This document shows positions 7,188 to 15,109 of a stretch of 28,915 nt of DNA, piece by piece; the first letter of the stretch is position 1; each line of letters opens with the position of its first letter. The notes under the pieces were generated by a model. The model did no database searches and had not been told where the DNA came from. It worked only from the letters and a program-made list of their open reading frames with translations. The position numbers were made by a program, and so were the translations under genes. Source of the stretch: a virus (taxonomy: Duplodnaviria; Caudoviricetes); the IMG/VR virus record IMGVR_UViG_3300042196_000313, positions 1-28,915 of that record. One strand, written 5' to 3'.

Positions 7188-8485
7188 TTGTCGGTTCGCG
7201 CGAAGGCCCGGTCGAAGGCGGCCTCGTCAAAACCGACCGGGAAGCCATCCGTGCCTCCGCCAAGGCCCGGACCGCTGGGAGCCGGCACCAAGACTTCTTC
7301 GTCCCCCTCGACGTCGGGGACCCCGTAGAGATCTCTCGCGTACCTGGCAGGGATCGGGAGGCCCATGCTCTGGAGATTTCTATCGCGGAATGAGAGGCGC
7401 CATTGATCCATGATGTCCGGTTCGCTCACCGTCTTGGTATGGAACCAGGGCGCGGGGACATCGGCCCCGAAGTTGAAGTCCACGATCCAGCGGATGAGCT
7501 GGTCGCGAATCACTTCGTCTTCCGCATCCGCGTCGGCCTGCACGAAATCTTGACGGACATTCTCTTGGACCTGGCCGAGCGCCAAGCTGCCCGTCTTGCC
7601 CTCCTGGGTCGTCAGGGTCTGGCCCAGGACTGCCTTGGAGATCTCCGCATTCATCAGGTTGATGAAGGGATCATAGACCGCCACCGACGAGGTCCGTTGA
7701 GCCTCGAGCAGCGAGATCTCCAGTGTGTTGGGGATAATGACCGCCTGATCGGTCTGGATGCTCTTCAGAATGTCCAGCAACTTCTGCTGCATGGGTTCAC
7801 CCGCGCCAGGTGGATACTTTCCAATCGGGAGCGGCTGGGCGAAGCGATCCAAAAGAACCACGTAGAACTTGATTCCATGCTTCTTGAACCACCAGGGCCA
7901 GTAGATGGACTGGCCGATCCCCACGCCGTAGGGATTCTCCGGGTCCGCGTCGTACTGTAGGAGCAGGAACTTCCGGTCAGGAAGTTCCTCGCCGTCGATC
8001 ATATTCTGGAGCGTCAGCAGCCGGAGGCGCCCGTCAGCGTCGAAGACAAAGCGGTGCTGGCCGCGCCGGCGGATCTCCATGGGGAGCACGCGACCACTGA
8101 TCACGGACCACATGACCTCGCCCACGGCAAAGCCTTTCAGGACCCCGTCCAGGAGGTCTCGGCGGCAGCGTTCGAATCCCCGGATCCCCAGGATCGCCTC
8201 CTCCACGAAATCCCGGACCTTCTGGTCGGCCGGGTCATCCGACGCGGGCTGGATGTCCCAATCTTTGTTCAGGACCGCCAGGCGCCGGCTCTGGACCACG
8301 GATCGGATGTGGCCGTCCCGCAGCATGTCCTGGTAGATCCGGATGCCCCGGGCCGGCTGCTCGCGCAGGATCTTGTCCGGGTTGGGCAGGGCCGTGAGCC
8401 AGCCGGCGAACAGGTCGATGTCCTTGCGGACCGTCGCCAGCTCGTCCAGGACCGGCTTTCCGGGTGCCTCCGCGAATTGGATCAT
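7142..8485 (-). CDS. Portal protein (Mu gp29, DUF935)
   Basis: DGHIRSVVQSRRLAV, KGFAVGEVMW, GKYPPGA, EISKAVLGQTLTT, GSLALGQV. Confidence 0.95.
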   Translation of the reverse strand: MIQFAEAPGKPVLDELATVRKDIDLFAGWLTALPNPDKILREQPARGIRIYQDMLRDGHIRSVVQSRRLAVLNKDWDIQPASDDPADQKVRDFVEEAILGIRGFERCRRDLLDGVLKGFAVGEVMWSVISGRVLPMEIRRRGQHRFVFDADGRLRLLTLQNMIDGEELPDRKFLLLQYDADPENPYGVGIGQSIYWPWWFKKHGIKFYVVLLDRFAQPLPIGKYPPGAGEPMQQKLLDILKSIQTDQAVIIPNTLEISLLEAQRTSSVAVYDPFINLMNAEISKAVLGQTLTTQEGKTGSLALGQVQENVRQDFVQADADAEDEVIRDQLIRWIVDFNFGADVPAPWFHTKTVSEPDIMDQWRLSFRDRNLQSMGLPIPARYARDLYGVPDVEGDEEVLVPAPSGPGLGGGTDGFPVGFDEAAFDRAFARTDKALSAKRRARSAGGI

Positions 8486-8495
8486 AGGACTCTCT

Positions 8496-8594
8496 TTATC
8501 CGCAGATTACGGCGCCACCCCGGAGGGCGCTCCCTCCGGGGTGGAACCCCCAACGGGGTGGAACCTGCCCCGGAGGGCAGATTTCGCAGATTCA
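8496..8594. repeat. Family C nonamer array (GCAGATTWC) carrying two nested cassettes
   Basis: ttatccgcagattac[66 nt]gcagatttcgcagattca. Confidence 0.88.
8511..8577 (+). mobile_element. Cassette with an inverted second cassette (8532-8565) nested inside
   Basis: ggcgccaccccggaggg cgct[ccctccggggtggaacc cccaacggggtggaac]ctgccccggaggg; compare 13273-13306. Confidence 0.82.
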
Positions 8595-8597
8595 CGA

Positions 8598-8891
8598 TCA
8601 GGACCAGCCGGCCAGGCGGTGATCGGTCCGCATCGCAGCCCGGGCCGCCTCCAGGAGGGCTTGCTGCCGCTGCTGAATGCTCATGGCGCCCAGGTCGATC
8701 ATCTGGTGGTTGGCTGCCCGGCGCCGGCGGCGATCGTGCGCACGCAGGCGCATGGTCCGCTTCCGGCAGGCGTCGGAGCACCACTGCCGGTTCTGGCCGC
8801 GCCGTCCGCTGGCCACCTCGACGCCGCAATGGCAGCTTAAAGCCCGGACGTCCGGGTTTTCCGCAGGGCTATGGCCATTCGCTTCGATCAT
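8598..8891 (-). CDS. Small zinc-finger protein
   Basis: CHCG...WCSDACRKR followed by a basic helix; GGAGG RBS. Confidence 0.6.
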   Translation of the reverse strand: MIEANGHSPAENPDVRALSCHCGVEVASGRRGQNRQWCSDACRKRTMRLRAHDRRRRRAANHQMIDLGAMSIQQRQQALLEAARAAMRTDHRLAGWS

Positions 8892-8923
8892 CGAACCTAG
8901 CGCCTCCTGCCGCGTCGTGTCTT

Positions 8924-8947
8924 CTGCCAGCTGCCAGCTGCCAGCTA
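8924..8947. repeat. Family B half array abutting the terminase stop
   Basis: ctgccag ctgccag ctgccag cta. Confidence 0.8.
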
Positions 8948-10462
8948 TCCGAGAAATCCCGCCGGAACCGCCCGCCCCCGCCCGGTGTAGGCCGTCAGAT
9001 CGGCCGTATCCCGCCGATCCCCGGTCCCCTGGGCCCCCTGGAGGGTCCAGCCCGACCCGGAGGCCGCCTGGCAGGCCAGGGCGCCGGCCCAGAAGTGGTC
9101 GGCGTGACCGGTCTGCTCGGTTTTCTCGGCGTCGAACCGGAAATGGCCGGTGCTGGTCTGGATCCGCTTGACGCTATGCAGGCTGTTCCGCAGGATGGCG
9201 GACGCCGGGATGGCCAGCGTCCGGTCCTCGGCCCGGGCCTTGATGGCACCCGCCAGGACCTCTTTGTTTTGCGCCGTGAAGGTGATCGCCTCGACCCTCC
9301 ATTCCCCGAACCGCTCCTGGGCGGATTCGGCGAGCTGCATCCCGATCCCTGTGGCATCGATGCAGAACCGGCGCACCCCGGGCAGGGCCAGGAGATGGAA
9401 CAGGACCCGCTGCTGGACCCAGAACGGCTGCCGGGCCAGCTCCAGGACCGCCAGGGACCGCAGGACGGCCGCCACCTGGACCATGGGCCAGATGATGGTG
9501 AGGTCGCGCTTCCGCCCGATGTCCACCCCGCCGAAGATCGGCTCGATCGGCCGCAGGTCCTCCAGGATCCCGGGGTCCAGCCCGGGGTCGTGTTTCGTCT
9601 GCAGGTACCGGCGGTGCTGGTCCGTCGCCTCCTCCAGGAGGATCGCCCCCCAGCGCGGCGCGAACTCCAAGTCCTCGACCTCGATGCTGCCGATCAGGTC
9701 GAAGGACAGCCAGGCCGTCGCCTCGTCCAGGAACTCGCACAGGTATTCCTGGGCCCAGGCCTCGTCGTCCCCCAGCGCCTCGCGGAGCTGCTCGGGCGTG
9801 CAGACGTTTCCCTGGTGATCCTTCAGCACCAGACCGCCGGCCAGGGCGTCATAGATCGTGACCTTGCGGCAGGAGTAGTTCGCATCCCCCGCCGCCTGGC
9901 GCCGCGACCAGTCCGTCCAGAGCTCATAGGCCTTGTTCTGCTTGCCCAGGGGCGTCGTCGTCACGCGCAGCCGGAAGCCCCGGGTGATCGTAGGGAAGAG
10001 GGCGGTCCAGATCGCCCGCGAATCCTTGTGCGTGGCGAACTCGTCCAGCAGCACATTGGCCGAATGCCCCCGCGCCGTCGCCGGATTGGCCGGGAGACCG
10101 ATGATCCGCGCGCCCGGAAGCTGGAGAACCTGGCTGGTGAATCGACCCTCCTCGACCGCGTACTCCTCGGTCAGCACGCTGGCCGCGACCCCGATCGCCC
10201 GGGCGTGCATCGCGCCTTTCTCGATCAGCTCCTTGCTGGCTCGCTCGCCGCTGGACAGCCACACCCACGGCTCCCGATGCTTGGCCGCGCCGCGGACGCC
10301 GGCCAGGGCGCTGCCGAAGGATTTCCCGGACTGGCGGCTCCACAGGTCGAAGACGAAGCGGGCCAGGTCCTGGACGGAGGCCTTCTGGTACTCCGTCAGC
10401 GGAATGATCGGCTTCCCCTGTCGCTGTCGCTGTCCCTGTCGGTTCTCAGCTGACAAGGCCAT
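8945..10462 (-). CDS. Terminase large subunit (Mu gp28-like)
   Basis: Walker A SRQSGKS, Walker B VLLDEF, QEYLCEF, nuclease GVDIGRKRD, IDATGIG, HADHFWA; start 10462 inferred from RBS. Confidence 0.95.
   Translation of the reverse strand: MALSAENRQGQRQRQGKPIIPLTEYQKASVQDLARFVFDLWSRQSGKSFGSALAGVRGAAKHREPWVWLSSGERASKELIEKGAMHARAIGVAASVLTEEYAVEEGRFTSQVLQLPGARIIGLPANPATARGHSANVLLDEFATHKDSRAIWTALFPTITRGFRLRVTTTPLGKQNKAYELWTDWSRRQAAGDANYSCRKVTIYDALAGGLVLKDHQGNVCTPEQLREALGDDEAWAQEYLCEFLDEATAWLSFDLIGSIEVEDLEFAPRWGAILLEEATDQHRRYLQTKHDPGLDPGILEDLRPIEPIFGGVDIGRKRDLTIIWPMVQVAAVLRSLAVLELARQPFWVQQRVLFHLLALPGVRRFCIDATGIGMQLAESAQERFGEWRVEAITFTAQNKEVLAGAIKARAEDRTLAIPASAILRNSLHSVKRIQTSTGHFRFDAEKTEQTGHADHFWAGALACQAASGSGWTLQGAQGTGDRRDTADLTAYTGRGRAVPAGFLG
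10417..10441. repeat. Hexamer array (CSCTGT) in frame at the terminase N-terminus
   Basis: cctgtcgctgtcgctgtccctgtcg encodes RQGQRQRQG. Confidence 0.6.
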
Positions 10463-11042
10463 AGACCTCTTCATCGATGATGCGCGCCACGTCCGGCGGC
10501 AGCTCTTTCATGGCCGTCTTCACCTTCTCCGTGATGCGCTGGGCCGCCTGGGTGGCCCGCTCTCGCAGCTCGACCTTGCGCGTTTCGAGCGCGACGAGCT
10601 GGCCGTCCAGATCAAGCTTCTGTTCCTGGAGCCGCTTTCGCTCCCGATCCAGCGCCAGCTTGTCCTCGGCCAGGCCGAGCTTGCGCTGCTGCTGCGCCAG
10701 GCCCACGACGGCCTTGGGGTCGTCGGTCTCCAGGCGCCTGAGCATCAAGAGGCTTAACGCCTCGAGCTTCTGGTCCACCAGCCCGGCCACCTGGTCGGCG
10801 GGGAATAACTGGAGCGACGCGACCAGCTCTTTCATATAGTCCCGCAGCTCCAGGCCGGCCCGCTTCTCGCTCTTCCACCAGGCCCGGTATCGGCCCAGGG
10901 TTGAGATGCCGATGGTCTCCCGCGTCGCCTCCTGCACCGCGGCGGCGATCTTTTCCAGCGTCTGGTTGGCCAGGAACCCCGAGTGGACGACGACCTGCGC
11001 ATCCTCGCTCAGGTCCATGGCCCGGAAGTGGCCCTTGCCCAC
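10446..11042 (-). CDS. Putative terminase small subunit (Mu gp27/DUF3486-like)
   Basis: N-terminal HTH (TLEKIAA..IGISTLGRY), coiled coil, ends IIDEEVYGL; directly upstream of terL. Confidence 0.75.
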   Translation of the reverse strand: MGKGHFRAMDLSEDAQVVVHSGFLANQTLEKIAAAVQEATRETIGISTLGRYRAWWKSEKRAGLELRDYMKELVASLQLFPADQVAGLVDQKLEALSLLMLRRLETDDPKAVVGLAQQQRKLGLAEDKLALDRERKRLQEQKLDLDGQLVALETRKVELRERATQAAQRITEKVKTAMKELPPDVARIIDEEVYGLVS

Positions 11043-11045
11043 GGC

Positions 11046-11387
11046 TCAGGACCTCAGCCATCGCGGAACGGCGACGATGGCGTCATCGCGCTCTCCCGAC
11101 AAGAGCAGCATGCCATCCCCCGTGATCCGCCAGGTGAGCTCCAGATGGCCATGGGGGGGGACGCCCACCTTCTGCTCCTTATACTGGGCGTAGCCGGCAT
11201 CCTTCAGCGTGGTGAGATATCCGGTCAGCTGCCCCTCGCTGAGATGGATCCGGTAATACTGCGCCAGGTGCGCCTGGAGATTGACCGCGAGCATGTAGCC
11301 GTCGCCCTCGTCCGGGATGCGCTCTCGCTCCAGGTAAAGTTTCAGGATGTAGAGGATGGCACCCCGGACGTGATCAGGACTTTCCAT
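11046..11387 (-). CDS. Winged-helix protein (Mu gp26-like position)
   Basis: RGAILYIL, LTTLKDAGYA, WRITGDG pattern. Confidence 0.65.
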   Translation of the reverse strand: MESPDHVRGAILYILKLYLERERIPDEGDGYMLAVNLQAHLAQYYRIHLSEGQLTGYLTTLKDAGYAQYKEQKVGVPPHGHLELTWRITGDGMLLLSGERDDAIVAVPRWLRS

Positions 11388-11661
11388 CGGCTGCCCCCGC
11401 GCTGCATGCCATGCGATCGATCCGGTCGAGAATCATCTGTACCCCGATCTGGATCTGCTCCAGCCGCAGGTTCTCGCGCTGGGTCGAGCGATCCACGGCA
11501 TCGGCCATCTTCGTCATCGCCGCCGCCTGCGACTTTTGGGAGTCAATGAATTCCCCCACGAAGCGCGGGGGCCGCCGGACCAAACCATAGATCCCCGCCA
11601 GGATGATCAGCCCGGGCCCCCACAGCGAGGCGTGCTTCAAGATCTCGCCCCACTCGGTCAT
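11374..11661 (-). CDS. Membrane-anchored coiled-coil protein (Mu gp25-like position)
   Basis: ATG at 11661 overlapping the upstream stop; one TM segment then a coiled coil. Confidence 0.6.
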   Translation of the reverse strand: MTEWGEILKHASLWGPGLIILAGIYGLVRRPPRFVGEFIDSQKSQAAAMTKMADAVDRSTQRENLRLEQIQIGVQMILDRIDRMACSAGAADGKS

Positions 11662-11966
11662 CGGTTCACTTCCTCGATGACGGCGCCGCGGGCCTTGGCG
11701 CAGGTCTGCCAGTCCACGATCCAGCGCTCCAGGATCACCCGATCCTCTGCCAGCATGCCCCACATCAGCAGCTCGACCCCGGGCCGACTCTTCATCGGGA
11801 TCCGATACGGGCCGCCGTCCGTGGCCATCCAGCCCGCCTGCAGTGTGACCGCCTCCGGCGGACACTCAGGCAGGGGGAGTCTGGTCGCCCGCGCCGCGAT
11901 CCCCGCGCACCCGAATAAGAGGAGAGTCAGGCCGATCAGCGCCGATCCCCTCGCGACGTTTCGCAC
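11658..11966 (-). CDS. Putative o-spanin lipoprotein (Rz1-like)
   Basis: Lipobox LLFGC, Pro-rich linker; overlaps the upstream i-spanin-like ORF. Confidence 0.65.
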   Translation of the reverse strand: MRNVARGSALIGLTLLLFGCAGIAARATRLPLPECPPEAVTLQAGWMATDGGPYRIPMKSRPGVELLMWGMLAEDRVILERWIVDWQTCAKARGAVIEEVNR

Positions 11967-12150
11967 CCGCTCCCTCGATCTTTCTGGCCGCCTCGCTGGC
12001 CCGCCCCACCTGGTCCGCCCCGATCAGCGCCGCCTCTGTGCGCGCCGCATCCACCGCCCGGTTGCGCATAGCGCGCAGCGCATAGAGCAGGGCGCCCAGG
12101 ATCAGCAGGATCCCAAGGACGACCGCCGCCCAACCGTAGCTCGAAGCCAT
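11866..12150 (-). CDS. Putative i-spanin (Rz-like)
   Basis: N-terminal TM then Ala-rich helix; follows the holin. Confidence 0.6.
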   Translation of the reverse strand: MASSYGWAAVVLGILLILGALLYALRAMRNRAVDAARTEAALIGADQVGRASEAARKIEGAGAKRREGIGADRPDSPLIRVRGDRGAGDQTPPA

Positions 12151-12159
12151 CAGATCATC

Positions 12160-12217
12160 CTCACGCAGAGCCGCAGCGCAGTGGTCGCCCTCTGCGTCTC
12201 CGCGTCGCTGCGTGAGA
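12160..12217. repeat. Family D nonamer hairpin
   Basis: ctcacgcagagccgcag...ctctgcgtctccgcgtcgctgcgtgag, intergenic. Confidence 0.8.
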
Positions 12218-12685
12218 TCAGGCCGGCGGCGCGTTCAGCGTCTTGGCCCACACGTCGCGGACGCTGGACCCCAGGCCGCCCCCGGAGAGACCGACCATCA
12301 GGATCGGCACGATATCGCCCCAGCCGGTGATCTGGCCCGTCCCCAGCGCGCCCGCCAGTGTCGAGACGATCCCCACGACGAGCGGCAGGACCGCGTTCCA
12401 TTTCGTGCTCCCGAACAGCTTCTTGAGGCCGGCCGTCAAGAACGGCACCAGCGCCGTCACGACCAGCCCAATCTGGACCCAGATGGTGAGGTTGGCGGAA
12501 TCGCCCTCCGCCGCCCAGGCCAGAGCCGGAAAGAAGAAGCTGGCAGCTAGCAGCAGGCAGCTGGCAGGAATCCATGCCAGGGAGAGATGTTTGTCCGCAT
12601 ACCAGCGGCCCGCCTTGCGAATTCCGAGGATCCCCAGACCCAGCAAGGCCAGCAGGCTTGCAACGATTGCGAGGACGATCTTCAT
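12218..12685 (-). CDS. Putative holin
   Basis: Several TM helices; in the lysis cassette; AAGGAG RBS. Confidence 0.65.
   Translation of the reverse strand: MKIVLAIVASLLALLGLGILGIRKAGRWYADKHLSLAWIPASCLLLAASFFFPALAWAAEGDSANLTIWVQIGLVVTALVPFLTAGLKKLFGSTKWNAVLPLVVGIVSTLAGALGTGQITGWGDIVPILMVGLSGGGLGSSVRDVWAKTLNAPPA
12538..12568. repeat. Family B array in frame in the holin
   Basis: agctggcagctagcagcaggcagctggcagg encodes PASCLLLAAS. Confidence 0.75.
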
Positions 12686-12695
12686 GGTCTCTCCT

Positions 12696-12824
12696 TTACG
12701 GCGGGCCCAGAATCAGCACCGCCGAGCACACGGGGCAGAGCAAGACGCCCCAGATCGAAATCCACCAGTGCCCCAGCGCCAGACACGGATCATGGCCGCG
12801 GGGTAGCCATACGATAAAGGCCAT
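12696..12824 (-). CDS. Small hypothetical protein (42 aa)
   Basis: MAFIVWLPRGHDPC...CPVCSAVLILGPP, translated by hand; fills the gap. Confidence 0.35.
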   Translation of the reverse strand: MAFIVWLPRGHDPCLALGHWWISIWGVLLCPVCSAVLILGPP

Positions 12825-12850
12825 CCCAGCCCTCGCTATACGTCACGCGC

Positions 12851-13324
12851 TTAGCGCTCCTCCGTCACGGTCGAAGATACGAGCCGGTACTGCAGCACCG
12901 CAATCACCCGATCATTCCCCGGGTGGCGCAGGAGGATCCGCGCCGTCTCCCCATCGCGCCCGACGTCGGTCGCGGTAATTTTCCAGCCCTCATAGCCCGG
13001 CGACTCCTCAAACGCCTCGCGCGGCACCCCCTCCCTCGAGGGGCCGCCGGCCCGGAAGGGCCTATGGCCCGGAGGGGAGGGACAGGGTGGGCCGCCGGCC
13101 CGGATGGGCCTCTGGCCCGGAGGGGGGGTGGCGCCGGCCCCGATCGCGGCGGGGAGGGGGGGGATCGCCACCGCGATCAAGGCCAGCACCACGGCGCAGG
13201 GGAGGTGCGCCCTCCGGGCCGGAGGCCCTCCAGGGCCGGAGGCCAGGGGGAACTGTTTTATCCGCAGATTACGGCGCCGCCCCGGAGGGGGCTCTGCCCC
13301 GGAGGGCAGATTTCGCAGATTCAT
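12851..13324 (-). CDS. Hypothetical protein; true start uncertain and N-terminal half largely repeat-derived
   Basis: C-terminus (YEGWKITATDV..VIAVLQYRLV) looks protein-like; hydrophobic VVLALIAVAI; four cassettes in frame. Confidence 0.45.
   Translation of the reverse strand: MNLRNLPSGAEPPPGRRRNLRIKQFPLASGPGGPPARRAHLPCAVVLALIAVAIPPLPAAIGAGATPPPGQRPIRAGGPPCPSPPGHRPFRAGGPSREGVPREAFEESPGYEGWKITATDVGRDGETARILLRHPGNDRVIAVLQYRLVSSTVTEER
13027..13130. repeat. REP-like hairpin interrupted by two cassettes (13043-13076, 13091-13124)
   Basis: Removing 2x33 nt gives CCCCCTCCCTCGAGGGGGAGGGACAGGGTGGGGGGG, like 4447-4485. Confidence 0.78.
13210..13243 (-). mobile_element. 2x17-nt CCCGGAGGG cassette
   Basis: ccctccgggccggaggc cctccagggccggaggc. 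Confidence 0.75.
13259..13323. repeat. Family C nonamer array with one cassette (13273-13306)
   Basis: tatccgcagattac[ggcgccgccccggaggg ggctctgccccggagg]gcagatttcgcagattca. Confidence 0.88.
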
Positions 13325-13718
13325 TCTCGGCTCTCGGCACTCTCTTGGGATCGTGCTCCGCGTGGACGTGCGTGCCCTGGATAGCGAACTGGTGCGCGCA
13401 CTTGGGGCAGGTCACCCAGGTCGGCGTCACCTCGAGGATCACGTCGTAGGTGCGCTGCCGCGCGTGCTCCAGGAGCTGCTTCACCCGACCCAGGAACGCC
13501 TCCAGGATCGGGCGCACCCCGATGTCCACGGCCTCGCCGCGCAGGTCCAGGCGGTCCTGGTGGTGTTTGCTGCCCACCATGTGCCGCCCGTCCTGGCCGG
13601 ACGTGATCGTCGCCTCGTCCAGACCGAATTCCCTGGCCGCCTCGTCCGCCACGTCCAGGACCAGGCCCATGGCCGGGTGCAAGTGATCGATCTTGACCGT
13701 GGGGTCTTTGACTTTCAT
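13269..13718 (-). CDS. Putative endolysin, zinc peptidase M15-like
   Basis: ITSG..H..GSKH, AVDI, HVHAE zinc-ligand pattern; upstream of holin and spanins. Confidence 0.8.
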   Translation of the reverse strand: MKVKDPTVKIDHLHPAMGLVLDVADEAAREFGLDEATITSGQDGRHMVGSKHHQDRLDLRGEAVDIGVRPILEAFLGRVKQLLEHARQRTYDVILEVTPTWVTCPKCAHQFAIQGTHVHAEHDPKRVPRAENESAKSALRGRAPSGAAP

Positions 13719-13987
13719 GTCTCGACCACGAATCCGCTATGGATGAAGAAGTGGTGCCCGCATTTGTGGATTATTTGATCACCTGATACGGGACCGACGA
13801 TGCTCCGGCCTAGCGTCAGGGGTGATTCACAAAGAACTTCATGGGGGCAGGCCATAACCTTCCCGCAGTACGGACAGCCGAGAAGCACCTTTTTCTTGCC
13901 GCCCTTGCCTATGGCAAAGCACCACTCTCCCGGCTGGTGAATCTCCTCCAGGCGCGCGACCTGCCGTAACGGTGTGGGATTAGACAT
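13715..13987 (-). CDS. Small Cys/His metal-binding protein (DUF6527-like pattern)
   Basis: CPYCG, LTL..SI, CGHHFFI..G.V; its TGA overlaps the endolysin ATG. Confidence 0.55.
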   Translation of the reverse strand: MSNPTPLRQVARLEEIHQPGEWCFAIGKGGKKKVLLGCPYCGKVMACPHEVLCESPLTLGRSIVGPVSGDQIIHKCGHHFFIHSGFVVET

Positions 13988-13993
13988 AGTGCC

Positions 13994-14047
13994 AAAAAAC
14001 AAAATCCCGCCGACGCTGCAGTGACCGACCTGCAGGATCGGCGGGAT
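13994..14047 (-). terminator. Intrinsic terminator-like hairpin with U tract
   Basis: Minus strand ATCCCGCCGA-TC-CTGCAG-loop-CTGCAG-CG-TCGGCGGGAT then TTTGTTTTTT. Confidence 0.7.
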
Positions 14048-14088
14048 CCGGTTCCCGCCTCCGACCTGGCCCCGCATCTTTAGGATCT

Positions 14089-14116
14089 CAGCTGGCAGCA
14101 GGCAGCTGGCAGCTGG
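14089..14116. repeat. Family B array
   Basis: cagctggcagcaggcagctggcagctgg. Confidence 0.8.
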
Positions 14117-14144
14117 GGGCCGTTATGTCATTCCGCTATGGCCT

Positions 14145-14492
14145 CTATATAGCCTCCTCATCGGGGTTTTGCAAGGGCATTAAATCCGGGTTATTCTGCT
14201 CCACTTTCCGGCGCTCTGCGCCATGCGCTTTGCGCTCCGCGCTTGCTGCCAGCTGCGAGCTGCCAGCTGCCAGCTTCCGCACTTCCTCGACGATCCCCAG
14301 GATCCGCTCCACCGTCCGCCTGGCCTCCTGGCAAGTCAGATCGCAGGCCAGGACCCCGGGCTGTTGGAGCTGCAGCCGGATATCCAGCGACGTGACCGCA
14401 TTGATTAGCCGATCCTCCGCCCACCGCCGAACGATGGCCAGGTCCTCCAGCGCCAGCTTCCGCAGATCGCAGTCCAACGAGCTGTCAGCCAT
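14145..14492 (-). CDS. Hypothetical protein with a repeat-derived segment
   Basis: 115 aa ORF in operon orientation. Confidence 0.5.
   Translation of the reverse strand: MADSSLDCDLRKLALEDLAIVRRWAEDRLINAVTSLDIRLQLQQPGVLACDLTCQEARRTVERILGIVEEVRKLAAGSSQLAASAERKAHGAERRKVEQNNPDLMPLQNPDEEAI
14210..14275. repeat. Adjacent family A and family B half arrays, in frame
   Basis: gcgctctgcgccatgcgctttgcgc + gctgccagctgcgagctgccagctgccagct. Confidence 0.85.
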
Positions 14493-14514
14493 CAGCGGTC
14501 AGCCTTCAGCTACA
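14481..14514. repeat. Heptamer array (NNTCAGC)
   Basis: tgtcagc catcagc ggtcagc cttcagc at a gene junction. Confidence 0.75.
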
Positions 14515-15109
14515 GCAGCCGGCCCTGGACCGCGCAGCGGCCCTGCCGTGGGGGCGTAGGCACATATTTCGTCCAATCGTATCGTTTGAATTCCGGTCGG
14601 AGCTTCCGGCGCTGGCGCCCAGGCACGGCGTGGCAGTACCCGGGATGGCCGGTCACCGAGTACTCGGCGATGACTCGCACGAGGCTGCCCTTGGAGCACG
14701 GGGACCCCAGCCACCATCGGCGCAGGCTGAGGCCAAGGCTGGACGTCACCGACCAATGGCTATGCACCCACCAGACGCGCTCTCTCGCCAGGCAGGCCGC
14801 CGGCCCAATGATCTGGAAAACCATTGATCCCGGGAGTGCCGTGTAGGGTGGGTCCACGATGACCACATCCCATGATTTACACCGGAACGGCGGATATAGG
14901 GCATTGCCGATGATGTCAGGGGACGTCGCGGGGTCGATGTCCATGCGCGTTCCAAAACGGGCGAGCCCGCCATAGAGGTGAAGCGTGCTTTTCCCCAATG
15001 CCACCGTCTCATCCATGATCAGCCGCTCGACTTCGACGGGAAAAGACCAGCTCCGCCGGTATCGCTTGAACTGAAGGAACCCCTGAAACGCCGATTCGTA
15101 TCTGGTCAT
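14510..15109 (-). CDS. Putative DNA N6-adenine (amino) methyltransferase
   Basis: Motif I-like LHLYGG, DIDP, catalytic VIVDPPY. Confidence 0.75.
   Translation of the reverse strand: MTRYESAFQGFLQFKRYRRSWSFPVEVERLIMDETVALGKSTLHLYGGLARFGTRMDIDPATSPDIIGNALYPPFRCKSWDVVIVDPPYTALPGSMVFQIIGPAACLARERVWWVHSHWSVTSSLGLSLRRWWLGSPCSKGSLVRVIAEYSVTGHPGYCHAVPGRQRRKLRPEFKRYDWTKYVPTPPRQGRCAVQGRLL

Noticed and set aside
8054-10453. 799-aa plus-strand ORF
   Set aside because: Antisense shadow of terminase and portal in high-GC DNA; no recognisable motifs.
12064-12095. Family A-like run in the i-spanin gene
   Set aside because: Degenerate and compatible with normal coding (ALLYALRAMR); not listed as a confident repeat.
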